Shown here one piece after another: positions 11,241-21,074 of a DNA stretch of 64,000 bases (position 1 is its first letter; the number at the start of each line of letters is the position of its first letter). Made by a program: the position numbers and the translations under genes. A model generated the notes under the pieces. It did not search any database. It was not told the DNA's origin and worked only from the letters and a program-made list of their open reading frames with translations. The stretch is from Clostridia bacterium 41_269 (GTDB lineage: Bacteria > Bacillota > DTU086), in the NCBI GenBank assembly GCA_001508005.1, contig LGEZ01000006.1, positions 14,179 through 78,178 of the forward strand, written 5' to 3'.

Positions 11241-11825
11241 TTATTTAGGCACCACAACTATATCACTGTAATCAAATCCAGTAACTTTAGAAACCATATC
11301 CGCAACTTTTGCAGCATCTTCCTCGGTTAATTCACCATCTTTTTTAATAATAACGGTTGCTGAACCCGGCTGAATAAAAAGTACTGCTTCTTTAAATCCT
11401 TTTGCTTTAATCAAACTTTCCAGCTGCATCTCTTTTTCCATATTTTCTGTCAGCTGTATAAGTTTTCTCTGAGCTTCTTTTTTCATTTGAACATCAGAAT
11501 TTGGATCACTGATAATTTTCTGCAGAAGCTCCATCTGCTGTCCTCGAATACGATCTCTTTCCATCCTATAGTTTATAAAAAATTCTTCAGTATCTTTATT
11601 CTGTATATCATTTTCCACCAATTCCATAGAAGGAGGAACAGATTGCGCAGAAACCCTATCATTTTTCTCTGTTTCTTTAACCATTTTTTCTTTTTTTACT
11701 GTATCACCACTATTAAAAAAACCCTTTATATAGTCCATCTGCTGCACACCAACTGCAGCACAAAATATCATCAAAAAAATTATTAAAAAGATATTTACTG
11801 TTCTGGTATTTGTAAAAATAGTCAT
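11241..11825 (-). CDS. spoIIIAH: Stage III sporulation protein AH
   Basis: TM segment plus FFINYRMERDRIRGQQ...LIKAKGFKEAVLFI. I prefer the ATG at 11825 (AGGTGG 7 nt upstream) over the ORF-track start at 11861. Confidence 0.8.
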   Translation of the reverse strand: MTIFTNTRTVNIFLIIFLMIFCAAVGVQQMDYIKGFFNSGDTVKKEKMVKETEKNDRVSAQSVPPSMELVENDIQNKDTEEFFINYRMERDRIRGQQMELLQKIISDPNSDVQMKKEAQRKLIQLTENMEKEMQLESLIKAKGFKEAVLFIQPGSATVIIKKDGELTEEDAAKVADMVSKVTGFDYSDIVVVPK

Positions 11826-11836
11826 TTTTAAACCAC

Positions 11837-12451
11837 CTACCTTTCTTTTTTCATGGGCCAAACACTTACTTGATGAGCAGGAATGCCCAAAATTGTCTGA
11901 ACTGCCCTACTCACCCCTGCCTTAATATAAGGATTCTCTGCCCCTTCAGCAACAACCAGAACCCCTTCAATTTCAGGCTTCAGCTCTTTTATAACAACAG
12001 CCTCTTGTCCCTCCATGCCGGCATTCTGCAGCACCACCAGCTGATTATTATTGTTGGTTTCTACAGTTACCCTTTCCCCTCCGTTGGTGTCTTTCTCTTT
12101 GATTTCCCTCTGGCTGGTATCTTCGTTTATTGCATATTCATACTGGGGGCTTGTTTTTAAAATAAGGGATACCGACACTTTTCCAACTCCCTCCATCCTC
12201 TGAAGAGTGGCTTTAAGTTTTTCTTCGAGAGCTGCTTCAGCATTTCCAATTCCTGACGTCTGATAGGTTGTATCTTTATTAATGACTTCTCCTGTTGAAG
12301 ATGCTTCTCTAATGTTCTTTCCAGCCTCCTCCTTTTTGGAAATTAAACCTCCAATACTAAGAAGAACAATTCCCAAAAACAGCAGCATTATCAGCAGCAG
12401 AAATCTCTTTCTTCCTAAAAGGATTATCTTTTCTAAATTAATAGAGGACAT
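11837..12451 (-). CDS. spoIIIAG: Stage III sporulation protein AG
   Basis: 204 aa with an N-terminal TM and the C-terminal ring-forming region (VSVSLILKTSPQYEYA...GGERVTVET...). Position in the operon fits. Confidence 0.8.
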   Translation of the reverse strand: MSSINLEKIILLGRKRFLLLIMLLFLGIVLLSIGGLISKKEEAGKNIREASSTGEVINKDTTYQTSGIGNAEAALEEKLKATLQRMEGVGKVSVSLILKTSPQYEYAINEDTSQREIKEKDTNGGERVTVETNNNNQLVVLQNAGMEGQEAVVIKELKPEIEGVLVVAEGAENPYIKAGVSRAVQTILGIPAHQVSVWPMKKER

Positions 12452-12466
12452 ATTTCCACCTCCAGG

Positions 12467-13086
12467 TTATGGATTTATAAGGCTCACCTTAATAAGCTTC
12501 TTGTCTATACCATAAAAATCACTTAAGCAGTTTAGAATTTTTTTCTTCAAATACTCATATTGACCATATTCTTTACTCTTTTTTTCTTTTATTTCTATTG
12601 GTTTCACAGGGGAAACCACTCCATCACCTTTATTTCCATCTGTAGCTTGAACCTCAACAATTACTTCTTCTATTCCATCTGCAATACCAAAGGACTTTAT
12701 AGGTTTCAGCTTGACATCTACCTCTGCCCATTCTATTTCCGGTATAAGCCCAATAAGAGCTGCCATCTGCTGTTCGAGGTTTTCACCATAAATCTCCACT
12801 GCTTCCTCACAGTTCTCTTCTGAGATATTTTGCCTTCCGCTAAAATTGTTTCAAGCTGGTCACTTCCGTTTGAGCCGGCCCATGAAAAAAAATCTAAATT
12901 CTTTGACCCATCTAAAAAATTCAGTACTGGATTTAGGATCATCACAATAATGAAAAGGCCCAAAAACAGCTGTATATACCGCCCCATTTTGCTGTTTGGT
13001 ACCAGCAGTTCTAAAAAAGTTGTAATAATTATGATAACAGCTAAATTCTGCACCAATTGGCCCAACTTTTCCATTAAAGCTATCAC
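12467..13086 (-). pseudogene. spoIIIAF: Stage III sporulation protein AF, split by a 1-nt frameshift (or sequencing error)
   Basis: The N-terminal 2-TM part (ORF 12733..13086) and the C-terminal domain (ORF 12467..12799) are in different frames. One extra A in the A4 run (plus T4 at 12828..12831) would read ...ILAEGKNISEENCEEAVEIYGENLEQQMAAL... Confidence 0.7.
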
Positions 13087-13099
13087 CTCGAAAAACCAT

Positions 13100-14292
13100 C
13101 TATCTTAGCATCACATTGAAGTTTCCCATCCCCACAACCACACTAATTGCTATAAAAAACATCAAACCAACCCCTGCAACCGCTGCAAAAACAAGGGTAA
13201 GGGCATTACCCATGGTTTGAAGAGCATCTGACACTCCGCTTTCACCAATTAGCTGAACCAGCGCTGCCGCAAGCCTATAAATTATTACCAAAGAAATAAT
13301 TTTAATTACCGGAAAAGCACAAAGCACTAATAGGATAATTATCCCAATCAGCCCCACTGCATTTTTTAAAAGGAGTGAAGTCCCTACAATCACTTCAAGG
13401 GCATCAGCCATCATTTTTCCAACTACAGGAACAAAGGTTCCCGTCATAAACTTTGCTGTTTTTAAGGTAACGCTGTCCACAACAACTCCAGCAATGCCCT
13501 GCATCCCTAAAAAGCCCACAAAAAGCGTTAAAAAAATTCCCAAGGAAGCAGTACCCAAATCCTTTAAAAAAGCAGCAAAATTTGAAATCTTAATTTTTTG
13601 TTAATATGGCTTATAATGCTTAATATGCCGGAAAAGTATATCAATGGAAATACAAAATTTTTAATCAGCGTACCCAGCAGCCCCAATGCTGCCATTATAA
13701 ATGGATGCATTATTGCTGCGGAGCTTACCCCACCTATTGAAGCAAGAAGAGTTAATAACAGCGGGAGAAGAGCTTGAACAAAACTTACCATTTTGTCGAT
13801 GCTTTCCCTACCTATTTTAATTGCTTCAGTAAAGGAACCAATGGCTATGGTGATTAATACAAGATAAACTATGGTATAAGCCACCTGACCTGTAGTACCT
13901 TCAAAAGCATCTAAAAGATTGTATAAAACAGCACAAATAACAGCCAGTATTACCAGCTTACCCATTAATGCTGAGTGCCTTATTAATTCATGAAACAGGT
14001 ACTCACCCATACCCCTTAAAAGAAAGCCAAAGCTAAAATCAATTTTTCCTTCTTTAATGCTTTCAATGATTCCCTTAATGCTTATTTCTGGTACATACTG
14101 TCCTATATCCCTATCTATTTGATTAATAAATTCCTGAAGATCTGATAACTCTATCTTCTCCATCTGCGTATCTAAAATTTTGTTGGGGTCAATTTCTGTT
14201 TGCCCCTGGGCCCTTGTACATACAGGGCAGATTAAAACATACAGCACGGAAGCCAACAACAAAATTGCTAACTTTCTCAACGCCCTTCCCAC
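13100..14292 (-). pseudogene. spoIIIAE: Stage III sporulation protein AE, split by a 1-nt frameshift in an A6 run (or sequencing error)
   Basis: ORFs 13564..14292 and 13100..13558 are the two halves of SpoIIIAE. With A7 instead of A6 (plus T6 at 13594..13599) the read-through is ...SHINKKIKISNFAAFLKDLGTASLGIF..., matching the conserved SpoIIIAE layout. Confidence 0.85.
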
Positions 14293-14293
14293 C

Positions 14294-14680
14294 TTAAGGG
14301 ATTAGTCTTATTATGGATTCCAAAAGAGCAACAATAATGGGCATAGCTAAAATAATAACCAATATCTTTGCTGCAAGCTCAATCTTCGCTGCAACAGCGC
14401 TTTCACCAGCATCTCTGCATATCTGTGCGCCAAACTCTCCGATATAAGCCGTACCGATAATTTTTAAAATAGTGCTCAAATATAAACGATTGATATCTGC
14501 TCTTCTGGTAAGCTCCTCAATGACAGAAAAAACACCGGATATTTTTTCTAAAATAAGGATAAATATAATAACCCCAGCAGCTATGCTAAGCTGAATTACC
14601 AATTCCGGCCTCTGCTGCTTTACAATTATAATAAGGATTGCTGCTATTAAACCCAATCCAACGATCTGCAGTATTTCCAT
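14294..14680 (-). CDS. spoIIIAD: Stage III sporulation protein AD
   Basis: 128-aa polytopic membrane protein (MEILQIVGLGLIAAIL...) in the expected operon position. Confidence 0.85.
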   Translation of the reverse strand: MEILQIVGLGLIAAILIIIVKQQRPELVIQLSIAAGVIIFILILEKISGVFSVIEELTRRADINRLYLSTILKIIGTAYIGEFGAQICRDAGESAVAAKIELAAKILVIILAMPIIVALLESIIRLIP

Positions 14681-14690
14681 CTATCACACC

Positions 14691-14888
14691 TCAGTGCAGC
14701 TGAAATATTGTTCTAACCATTTCAAAAAGATTAGCTAAAAGCTGGATTACCATAAGCAGGCATACAGCAACACCTGCCAGTGTTGTCAAGTGAGCCAGCT
14801 CCTCTTTTCCAAACTGTTTTAAAATGCTGTGCAGCACTGCTGTTATAATGCCAATACCTGCTATTTTAAATACCAGCTCCACTCCCAT
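14691..14888 (-). CDS. spoIIIAC: Stage III sporulation protein AC
   Basis: 65-aa two-TM protein (FKIAGIGIITAVLHSILKQ...) in the expected operon position. Confidence 0.85.
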   Translation of the reverse strand: MGVELVFKIAGIGIITAVLHSILKQFGKEELAHLTTLAGVAVCLLMVIQLLANLFEMVRTIFQLH

Positions 14889-14900
14889 GGAACCACCTTC

Positions 14901-15386
14901 CTAACATAGAATAATCACAATCAAAAGCCCGCCCCAAAAACCCATAAGCCTCCACGTTCGTTCATTTTTCTCTCTTTCCTTTTCAGCATTATCTTCCTGG
15001 TGTAAAAGCTGCTGCTGTACCAATTTTAGATGCTTTATCTGTTCTTCTCTGTCAGAGCAACCTAAGTTGTAGCCAAATTTTTCTAGTATATCAATATCAC
15101 TTTCAGAAAGAAAGGAATTTTCTTTAAGCCAATTAAGAGATTGCTTCCACGCTTCATCAGCAGTTAGAATATCTTTGCCCGTTATCAACTGGGATACTTG
15201 TAAAAAAAACTGTCCAATTTCATTTTCAAATCTTTTTCCCACTCGAAACAGAGCTTCAGGCAGAGGAGTTAGTGAATAATATATTTCCGTTTCCAACATC
15301 TGCAGAGCAAACCTAAAGCATTTTATCTGCATAGGTCTAAGTGCATATTTATAAGAAATCATTAGCCCAATAAAACTGCACGTCAA
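14901..15386 (-). CDS. spoIIIAB: Stage III sporulation protein AB (start uncertain)
   Basis: ALQMLETEIYYSLTPLPEAL...EQIKHLKL... resembles SpoIIIAB. The frame stays open upstream (IVKIFGGIITLL, the expected N-terminal TM) but has no canonical start codon before the TTG at 15386. Confidence 0.75.
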   Translation of the reverse strand: MTCSFIGLMISYKYALRPMQIKCFRFALQMLETEIYYSLTPLPEALFRVGKRFENEIGQFFLQVSQLITGKDILTADEAWKQSLNWLKENSFLSESDIDILEKFGYNLGCSDREEQIKHLKLVQQQLLHQEDNAEKEREKNERTWRLMGFWGGLLIVIILC

Positions 15387-15412
15387 AAGAGTTATAATTC
15401 CTCCAAAAATTT

Positions 15413-16450
15413 TTACAATTTTTTATCACCCCTTTTTCCCTTTTCAAGCAGGCTTTTGCCATTTGAACCATCCAGCACATCTTCTACAGTTCCAACACTT
15501 TTTGTACTGCTGAGTATAATGATTCTGTTAAACAATGTTTTCCTAAGAAGCCTATCTATCACAGGACGTTTTTTTATATCATCCAAATCAATCCCGTGAA
15601 CAGTGGTTATAAGCTTTATTCCAGCATTAAGAACTTCCTCTACCGCTGCAATATCTTCAGCTCGGCCCAGCTCATCTGTAGCTATAACATGGGGAGCCAT
15701 AGATCTAACCAGCATATACATCCCTTCAGCTTTGGGGCACCTATCCAGCACATCGGTACGCAGCCCTACATCATTTTGAGGTTGGCCGTTATAACATGCT
15801 GCAATTTCTGATCTCTCATCAACTAAACCTACATTAACTCCCCTAAACCCCATTGATTGTATCCCATTGCTGATCTGCCGAACTATATCTCTCAAGAGCG
15901 TCGTCTTTCCACAGCCAGGAGGTGAAATAATTAAAGTGTGATATACAGTATTTAAATGAATATCAATAATTAAGGGCAGAACCAGATCTGCGCAGCCTTT
16001 TATCTCTCGTGAAATTCTAATGTTTAGAGAGCTAATATTTTTCAAACTTTTTACTTTACCGTTTTGAAGAACAGCCTCCCCTGTAAATCCCACACGATGT
16101 CCACCAGAAATGGTTATAAACCCACTGCGCAGTTCCTCGTCCAAGGTATACACAGAGCTTCTGGTTAAGTTAAGGAAAATTTTCTCAATATCACTTTTAG
16201 TGATAAAATAAGCTTCCCTTGGGTTTCGAGTCACCCGACCATCATGGGTCACAAAAAATTCATCCTGTATACACCTTAAACATAAAGGCCTTTCCTGCCT
16301 CAGCCTTAATTCCTGAAGATTGCTGCTTACAGAAGTTGGAAGACGTTCTAATATTGTCCGAAGCATTGGTGAGCAGATTTCCAATATTCTTTTATCCAGT
16401 ACTCGTTCTTTAAAATTTATGCCTGTCTTTTTTGCTGAAATTACCTCCAC
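15413..16450 (-). CDS. spoIIIAA: Stage III sporulation protein AA (AAA+/secretion-ATPase-like)
   Basis: 345 aa with Walker A SPPGCGKTTLLRD. GTG start after AGGTGGG. First gene of the spoIIIA operon. Confidence 0.85.
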   Translation of the reverse strand: MEVISAKKTGINFKERVLDKRILEICSPMLRTILERLPTSVSSNLQELRLRQERPLCLRCIQDEFFVTHDGRVTRNPREAYFITKSDIEKIFLNLTRSSVYTLDEELRSGFITISGGHRVGFTGEAVLQNGKVKSLKNISSLNIRISREIKGCADLVLPLIIDIHLNTVYHTLIISPPGCGKTTLLRDIVRQISNGIQSMGFRGVNVGLVDERSEIAACYNGQPQNDVGLRTDVLDRCPKAEGMYMLVRSMAPHVIATDELGRAEDIAAVEEVLNAGIKLITTVHGIDLDDIKKRPVIDRLLRKTLFNRIIILSSTKSVGTVEDVLDGSNGKSLLEKGKRGDKKL

Positions 16451-16501
16451 TCTTGTCCCACCTGCCTTACTTATAGATATTATGTTGTTGGTAAGATTAT
16501 G

Positions 16502-16541
16502 AAAAAAAAAAGAGGCAAAGTTATTTTCTCTGCCTCTTTTT
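16502..16541 (-). terminator. Intrinsic terminator upstream of spoIIIAA
   Basis: AGAGGCA / TGCCTCT stem followed by T10 on the minus strand. Confidence 0.6.
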
Positions 16542-16607
16542 ACATGGGAGTTTTACAAAAAATAAATAAGGGGATTATTAAATATCCCTTTAAATTTTTA
16601 AATTTTT

Positions 16608-17063
16608 TTAAAAATCTTTTTCGCTTCCTTTTTTACTCCTATTATCGTTATTTCTGATATGGTCCTCACCTCTGTATTCAAATTCTTCTTCATCTAAATC
16701 ATAATCTCCGTCATTTACAAAAACCACAGAGTCACAGTTGGGACATGTTACTTCAATCAAATCTTCATCTTCAAGAATATCTGCATCAAAGCAGACCAAT
16801 TCATGACACTCAGGACATTCTACCTCTATATAACCATTTCTTCCATAAACAGTATCTTCCAGTTCCAATAGTTCTTCATCAATTGTGTTAAGATAACCCT
16901 CCAATTCAGATTGCCTAATATCCAGGTCATTTACAGCATCAGCAATATTTCCAAGCACATCAACAATATCTCTGATTATTTTACCTTCTTTAGATTCATT
17001 ATCAAACTCAATGCCCTCCATTAACCCCTGCAGGTAAGCAACATTTTCTCTTAGAGATTCCAC
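16608..17063 (-). CDS. Conserved acidic protein with a C-terminal zinc ribbon
   Basis: 151 aa with a coiled-coil-like N-terminus, then CPECHELVCF...CPNCDSVVF (two CxxC pairs). Located between efp and spoIIIAA. Confidence 0.5.
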   Translation of the reverse strand: MESLRENVAYLQGLMEGIEFDNESKEGKIIRDIVDVLGNIADAVNDLDIRQSELEGYLNTIDEELLELEDTVYGRNGYIEVECPECHELVCFDADILEDEDLIEVTCPNCDSVVFVNDGDYDLDEEEFEYRGEDHIRNNDNRSKKGSEKDF

Positions 17064-17133
17064 TATAAAAGTCCCCCCGTTAATGCTTGTGTCTGCTTAA
17101 ATATTATTCCCGCTTACCTGCTAAATTAAACAG

Positions 17134-17697
17134 TTAACTGCTAACTCTTTCCATATATTCTCCAGTGCGGGTATCAACCCGAATGATGTCTCCTGCTTCT
17201 ATAAACAGCGGTACCTGTACCTTGGCACCTGTTTCAAGGGTTGCTCCTTTAGTTGCACCAGTAGCAGTATCTCCCTTAACACCCGGTTCAGTTTCAACTA
17301 CTTTCAATTCCACAAAATTAGGCAGCTCCACGCCAATGGTTCTTCCTTTATACATCAGAACATCTATAACCATATTTTCCTTTAAATAATTAACAGCATC
17401 TCCAAGCTGTTCTGTATTTAGAGCCATCTGGTCAAAGGTTTCTTCATCCATAAAATAAAATGCCTCTCCGTCGGTATACAGGTACTGCATTTTTCTCTTA
17501 TCCAAATGAGCCCGGGGTACTTTTTCTCCTGCTCTAAAAGTTTTTTCAATTGTAGCTCCTGTTTCAATATTTTTCAGTTTTGATCTGACGAAAGCTGAAC
17601 CTTTGCCCGGTTTAACATGCATAAATTCAAGCACCATATAAACCTGGCCGTCGAGTTCAATAGTTAATCCTGTTCTAAAATCATTGGTAGAAATCAT
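17134..17697 (-). CDS. efp: Elongation factor P
   Basis: [20 protein letters not shown]...[20 protein letters not shown] lies 8 nt upstream of the ATG at 17697; the ORF-track ATG at 17712 sits inside the RBS. Confidence 0.95.
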   Translation of the reverse strand: MISTNDFRTGLTIELDGQVYMVLEFMHVKPGKGSAFVRSKLKNIETGATIEKTFRAGEKVPRAHLDKRKMQYLYTDGEAFYFMDEETFDQMALNTEQLGDAVNYLKENMVIDVLMYKGRTIGVELPNFVELKVVETEPGVKGDTATGATKGATLETGAKVQVPLFIEAGDIIRVDTRTGEYMERVSS

Positions 17698-17714
17698 AAT
17701 AAAAACCTCCATTC

Positions 17715-17736
17715 CCTTTATTACCTTTATTACCTT
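17715..17736. repeat. Perfect 9-bp tandem duplication (cctttatta x2 plus a 4-nt partial copy) in the efp leader
   Basis: Read directly: cctttatta|cctttatta|cctt. It begins 18 nt upstream of the efp ATG. Confidence 0.9.
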
Positions 17737-17945
17737 ACAACACTAACATTTTACATGGTGCTGATAAATTTTACAAGTCAGCTTTGTTCTGAACGATATA
17801 GACCGCGATGCACAGCTTTTTTACTAAAAATCAATATTTACGCAAACAGCTGTTTTTGCAGGTATTTGAAGTAAAATGTGGAATAAAAAGAAAAAATTTA
17901 ATATCAAGTATGTTTTAAGGTTATGATGAAAGGAGATAAAATCTG

Positions 17946-18340
17946 ATGAAAGTAAAACATATTATGCGCTCGCGGGTAATTGCAGTCAAACCGCAAGAAG
18001 AAGTGTCCACAGCTTTAAAAATTATGAATGAAAACAGGATAAATGGAACACCTGTTGTTGATGATAATAATAAACTGCTGGGAATAGTCGTTAAAGCAGA
18101 TATTTACCGTTTTCTCATTGCTCCTGGGCATTATGAATCCTGCCCTGTAGACTGGGTAATGACAAAAGACGTAGTAACTGCTCATCCAGAAGAAGACTTA
18201 ATTACAGCAGCTAGGAGGCTCAGAGAAAAAATGTCATTGCACTTCCTGTGGTAGATGGGGAAAATTATCTGCAAGGAATTCTAACAATTGAAGACATAGT
18301 GGATTATTTTCTGGACACCCTGGATAAAGCTAAAACATAA
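17946..18340 (+). pseudogene. CBS-pair domain protein with a 1-nt frameshift in an A6 run (or sequencing error)
   Basis: The ORF 17946..18254 ends ...RLREKMSLHFLW*. With A7 instead of A6 (18226..18231) it reads ...RLREKNVIALPVVDGENYLQGILTIEDIVDYFLDTLDKAKT*, a canonical second CBS motif. Confidence 0.75.
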
Positions 18341-18441
18341 AAATTTTTTCTGCAGATTTATATATTTTAAATTAAAAATTCTAAGAGTGAACAACATAGT
18401 GAAAACATAATAACAATAAAACAATTTTTCCTTTTACTTTA

Positions 18442-19605
18442 TCAAACATCAACATCACTAATTTTCTTGGCAGTACCGCTGAGCATTCTCAACTCTCCAT
18501 TCTCCATACCAACATGATAGGTAGCCCGATAATAACTTACGCGTTCTCCACCCTCTTGGGTTCTCTCCAGCGCCGCAATTACCACTCCAATATCTGCAGC
18601 ATCTTCGTCAACCGCGAGGATTGTTAAATCTTCAATGCTCACTGAGAGTGTATTTAAATAACCATCCCGGAATTTTTTGTACGACTGCTTCGCTTTCCAA
18701 TCACTTCCTAAAAGACTGTATGCCCCCACATAATCACCATTGTTGACACATATATAGAACCCCTCTACCAAATAGGCAGCTGCCCAAGCTAACTCCTGAG
18801 ATGAAAATTCAGACTGGTCAGACGATTGTGCCGGGGGTGATAGATCAGGGTTTTTTGACCAGTTTTCCACCAAAGGCAGCACCTGAACAATGGGTATGCT
18901 AAAACCAATACTTCCTTCCTCAGCCCCTGCAGTATTTACACCAATCACTTCACCTGTAGAGCGATCAAGAAGAGGTCCGCCGCTGCTGCCGTGGGAAATG
19001 GGTGCAGAAATTTGATACAATCCCGTATAGCGGTAATTATCAATTTCAAAGCTTCGGTTAACGCCGCTTATTATTCCCGTTGTTGCAGTGTTCTGCAATC
19101 CAAGGGGACTCCCCAATGCAATTACTTCATCTCCTACTTCTGCCGTTCTGTCTCGGGCAATTTTCATTGGCTCCATACCAGCCAGTTCAGATACCCTTAC
19201 AAGGGCTACATCAACTTCCCCACCCCTACCTATAACTGTACCAGTATAAACTGTGCCGTCATACATCTTTACACTGCAGGTTTCAGCATCACCAACCACA
19301 TGGGCATTGGTTATTATGTCTCCCTGACGGTTGTATAAAAAACCGGAACCCTGTACCGTACCGTAATAAGTATCAACTTCTATGGACACCACTAACTTTT
19401 GATTTTCTGCAATTATACTCTTTAAATCCTTAACCTCAGCCTGCTCAGAGCTGTCCTCAACGGGACCCAGTTTGGAAGTTTTAACAATTACCTGGTTGTG
19501 AGCTGCATCATAAATATGAATTAGACCCAATACTCCGGCAATAATTATTAATCCGCTTATCACAAAAGCTAAAATTTTGTTTCCGTTTCCGCTGACCGTT
19601 TTCAT
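18442..19605 (-). CDS. Membrane-anchored trypsin-like (S1C) serine protease with an extra C-terminal domain
   Basis: 387 aa with an N-terminal TM, ITNAHVV (His), DVALVRV (Asp) and GSSGGPLLD (Ser). No obvious PDZ domain. Confidence 0.7.
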   Translation of the reverse strand: MKTVSGNGNKILAFVISGLIIIAGVLGLIHIYDAAHNQVIVKTSKLGPVEDSSEQAEVKDLKSIIAENQKLVVSIEVDTYYGTVQGSGFLYNRQGDIITNAHVVGDAETCSVKMYDGTVYTGTVIGRGGEVDVALVRVSELAGMEPMKIARDRTAEVGDEVIALGSPLGLQNTATTGIISGVNRSFEIDNYRYTGLYQISAPISHGSSGGPLLDRSTGEVIGVNTAGAEEGSIGFSIPIVQVLPLVENWSKNPDLSPPAQSSDQSEFSSQELAWAAAYLVEGFYICVNNGDYVGAYSLLGSDWKAKQSYKKFRDGYLNTLSVSIEDLTILAVDEDAADIGVVIAALERTQEGGERVSYYRATYHVGMENGELRMLSGTAKKISDVDV

Positions 19606-19615
19606 AGGAATTTCC

Positions 19616-20821
19616 CTACCCTAGATACCATGTTATACTGTCAATTTTTACTTTATTACCCTGCCATAGGCCGTAAATAATACCCTCAAAATATCCTTTC
19701 TCTCTGGGATTTAAATAATTGGGATAAACATAGGCGCTATCGGAAATCAGGGCATTGCCGTATGAATCATATACAGTGAAATAAATTTCAACCATGTAAA
19801 TTGGCCGCGTAGCAATATTTTTTACTGTTCCCCATACTTTAAAATCCCCAAGAGAAGTAACACTTCCACTGTATTCCAGAACCTCAACAGCCTGAGTAGT
19901 ATTTATAATTTCTTCCTGGGCTGCAGCTATTAAGGCCTGCTCCAAAGCCATTTTTTCTCTCTGCTCAAAGGCTTCTTTCTGCTGTTCAATGGTTTGCTGG
20001 AATGACAGCAGCTGCTTGTTTTTAGAGTCGTAGCTTAACCCCTTTTCTACCAAAGCCAGCGCACCATCAAAATCTTTTTTCTTCAGGAGCTCATTGGCTT
20101 CAGCATAAATTATCTGGCATATTTTAGATTTTATGGCTTCAGCTACTTCCTGAGCTTCCTTAACCTTAAAAGTTGACACCTTTGTCAATAAGGCTGCCAG
20201 CTCTTCCACAGAGTTTTTATCATTCATTTCCTGTTTAACCTGCATAATGGTAACTGCTGATTTTTTATCATTAATCCGGCTGCTTAGATATTTAAAAAAA
20301 TCTCCTGCTTTTCCGTATATTTTTTTCTCTGCCTCTTCGATCAAAGAAAGCGCCTGCTCAAACTGCTGCTTCTTAGCATATTCCCAGGCTTCATTTAATT
20401 TATTCAGTATTTCCTTTCCTTCTTTAATAAAGGAAAGATCTTTTTGAAGGGCTTTATGCAGGGGCCGCTTTTTTAAAGCATCACTTATCAGCTTTTCCGC
20501 TGCATCCAATTCTCCTTTTAAAGCCAATTCTTCAGCTTGAACGCGCTTCTGTTCAACCAAACGATCTACATTTTTCTCATAGAAGTAGTATCCACTCAGT
20601 ACAGCTGCAACAAGAATTGCGGTAAACAAAGGAAGCAGCCAAATATTCTTTTTAAATGGTTCTTTAAGTACGGAAGCTTCAGTCTCAGAGCTATTTTCCT
20701 GCTTTTGGTTTATAATCGCTTCATCATCTAATACCGGTGGGATAAGAGTCTTCCCGCAGTTCTCACAAACAGAAGATCCTTCTTTAATCTCACTGCCACA
20801 GTACTGGCAGAACACACACAT
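19616..20821 (-). CDS. Zinc-ribbon / TM / helical-repeat / FxLYD-like domain protein
   Basis: N-terminal CQYCGSEI...CENCG, one TM, a long helical (TPR-like) region, and a C-terminal beta domain containing FTVYD. The start is ambiguous (20815..20845). Confidence 0.5.
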   Translation of the reverse strand: MCVFCQYCGSEIKEGSSVCENCGKTLIPPVLDDEAIINQKQENSSETEASVLKEPFKKNIWLLPLFTAILVAAVLSGYYFYEKNVDRLVEQKRVQAEELALKGELDAAEKLISDALKKRPLHKALQKDLSFIKEGKEILNKLNEAWEYAKKQQFEQALSLIEEAEKKIYGKAGDFFKYLSSRINDKKSAVTIMQVKQEMNDKNSVEELAALLTKVSTFKVKEAQEVAEAIKSKICQIIYAEANELLKKKDFDGALALVEKGLSYDSKNKQLLSFQQTIEQQKEAFEQREKMALEQALIAAAQEEIINTTQAVEVLEYSGSVTSLGDFKVWGTVKNIATRPIYMVEIYFTVYDSYGNALISDSAYVYPNYLNPREKGYFEGIIYGLWQGNKVKIDSITWYLG

Positions 20822-21074
20822 CCACTCCCTATAAAAAAAACACATTAAAAAATATTACAAAGCAGCAGTATTGCTATATGATTTTTTCCCCATCTTCTTA
20901 GGAATTCCTTCCATCGATGCCAAAAAATTAAATAAATTATAAAGCCAAGAAGTTTCATTCCTGACTTATACCTAACTCAATAGAACATGCCTTTATTTTA
21001 TAAAACCTGCGCTTTTCTTTATTCTCTTTGCAGTCAGTGAAATACTATTAAAAGAAATCTTCCGGTACTTTTCT

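Noticed and set aside
12860-13099. 79-aa minus-strand ORF
   Set aside because: It is an alternative frame inside the spoIIIAF N-terminal coding region. The SpoIIIAF frame carries the expected two TM helices.
16477-16502. SigE-type promoter for spoIIIA (TCATAAT ... CATAATAT on the minus strand)
   Set aside because: Both boxes resemble the sigmaE consensus, but the spacer is only 11 nt, shorter than I recall for sigmaE promoters. Support is too weak to list as a feature.
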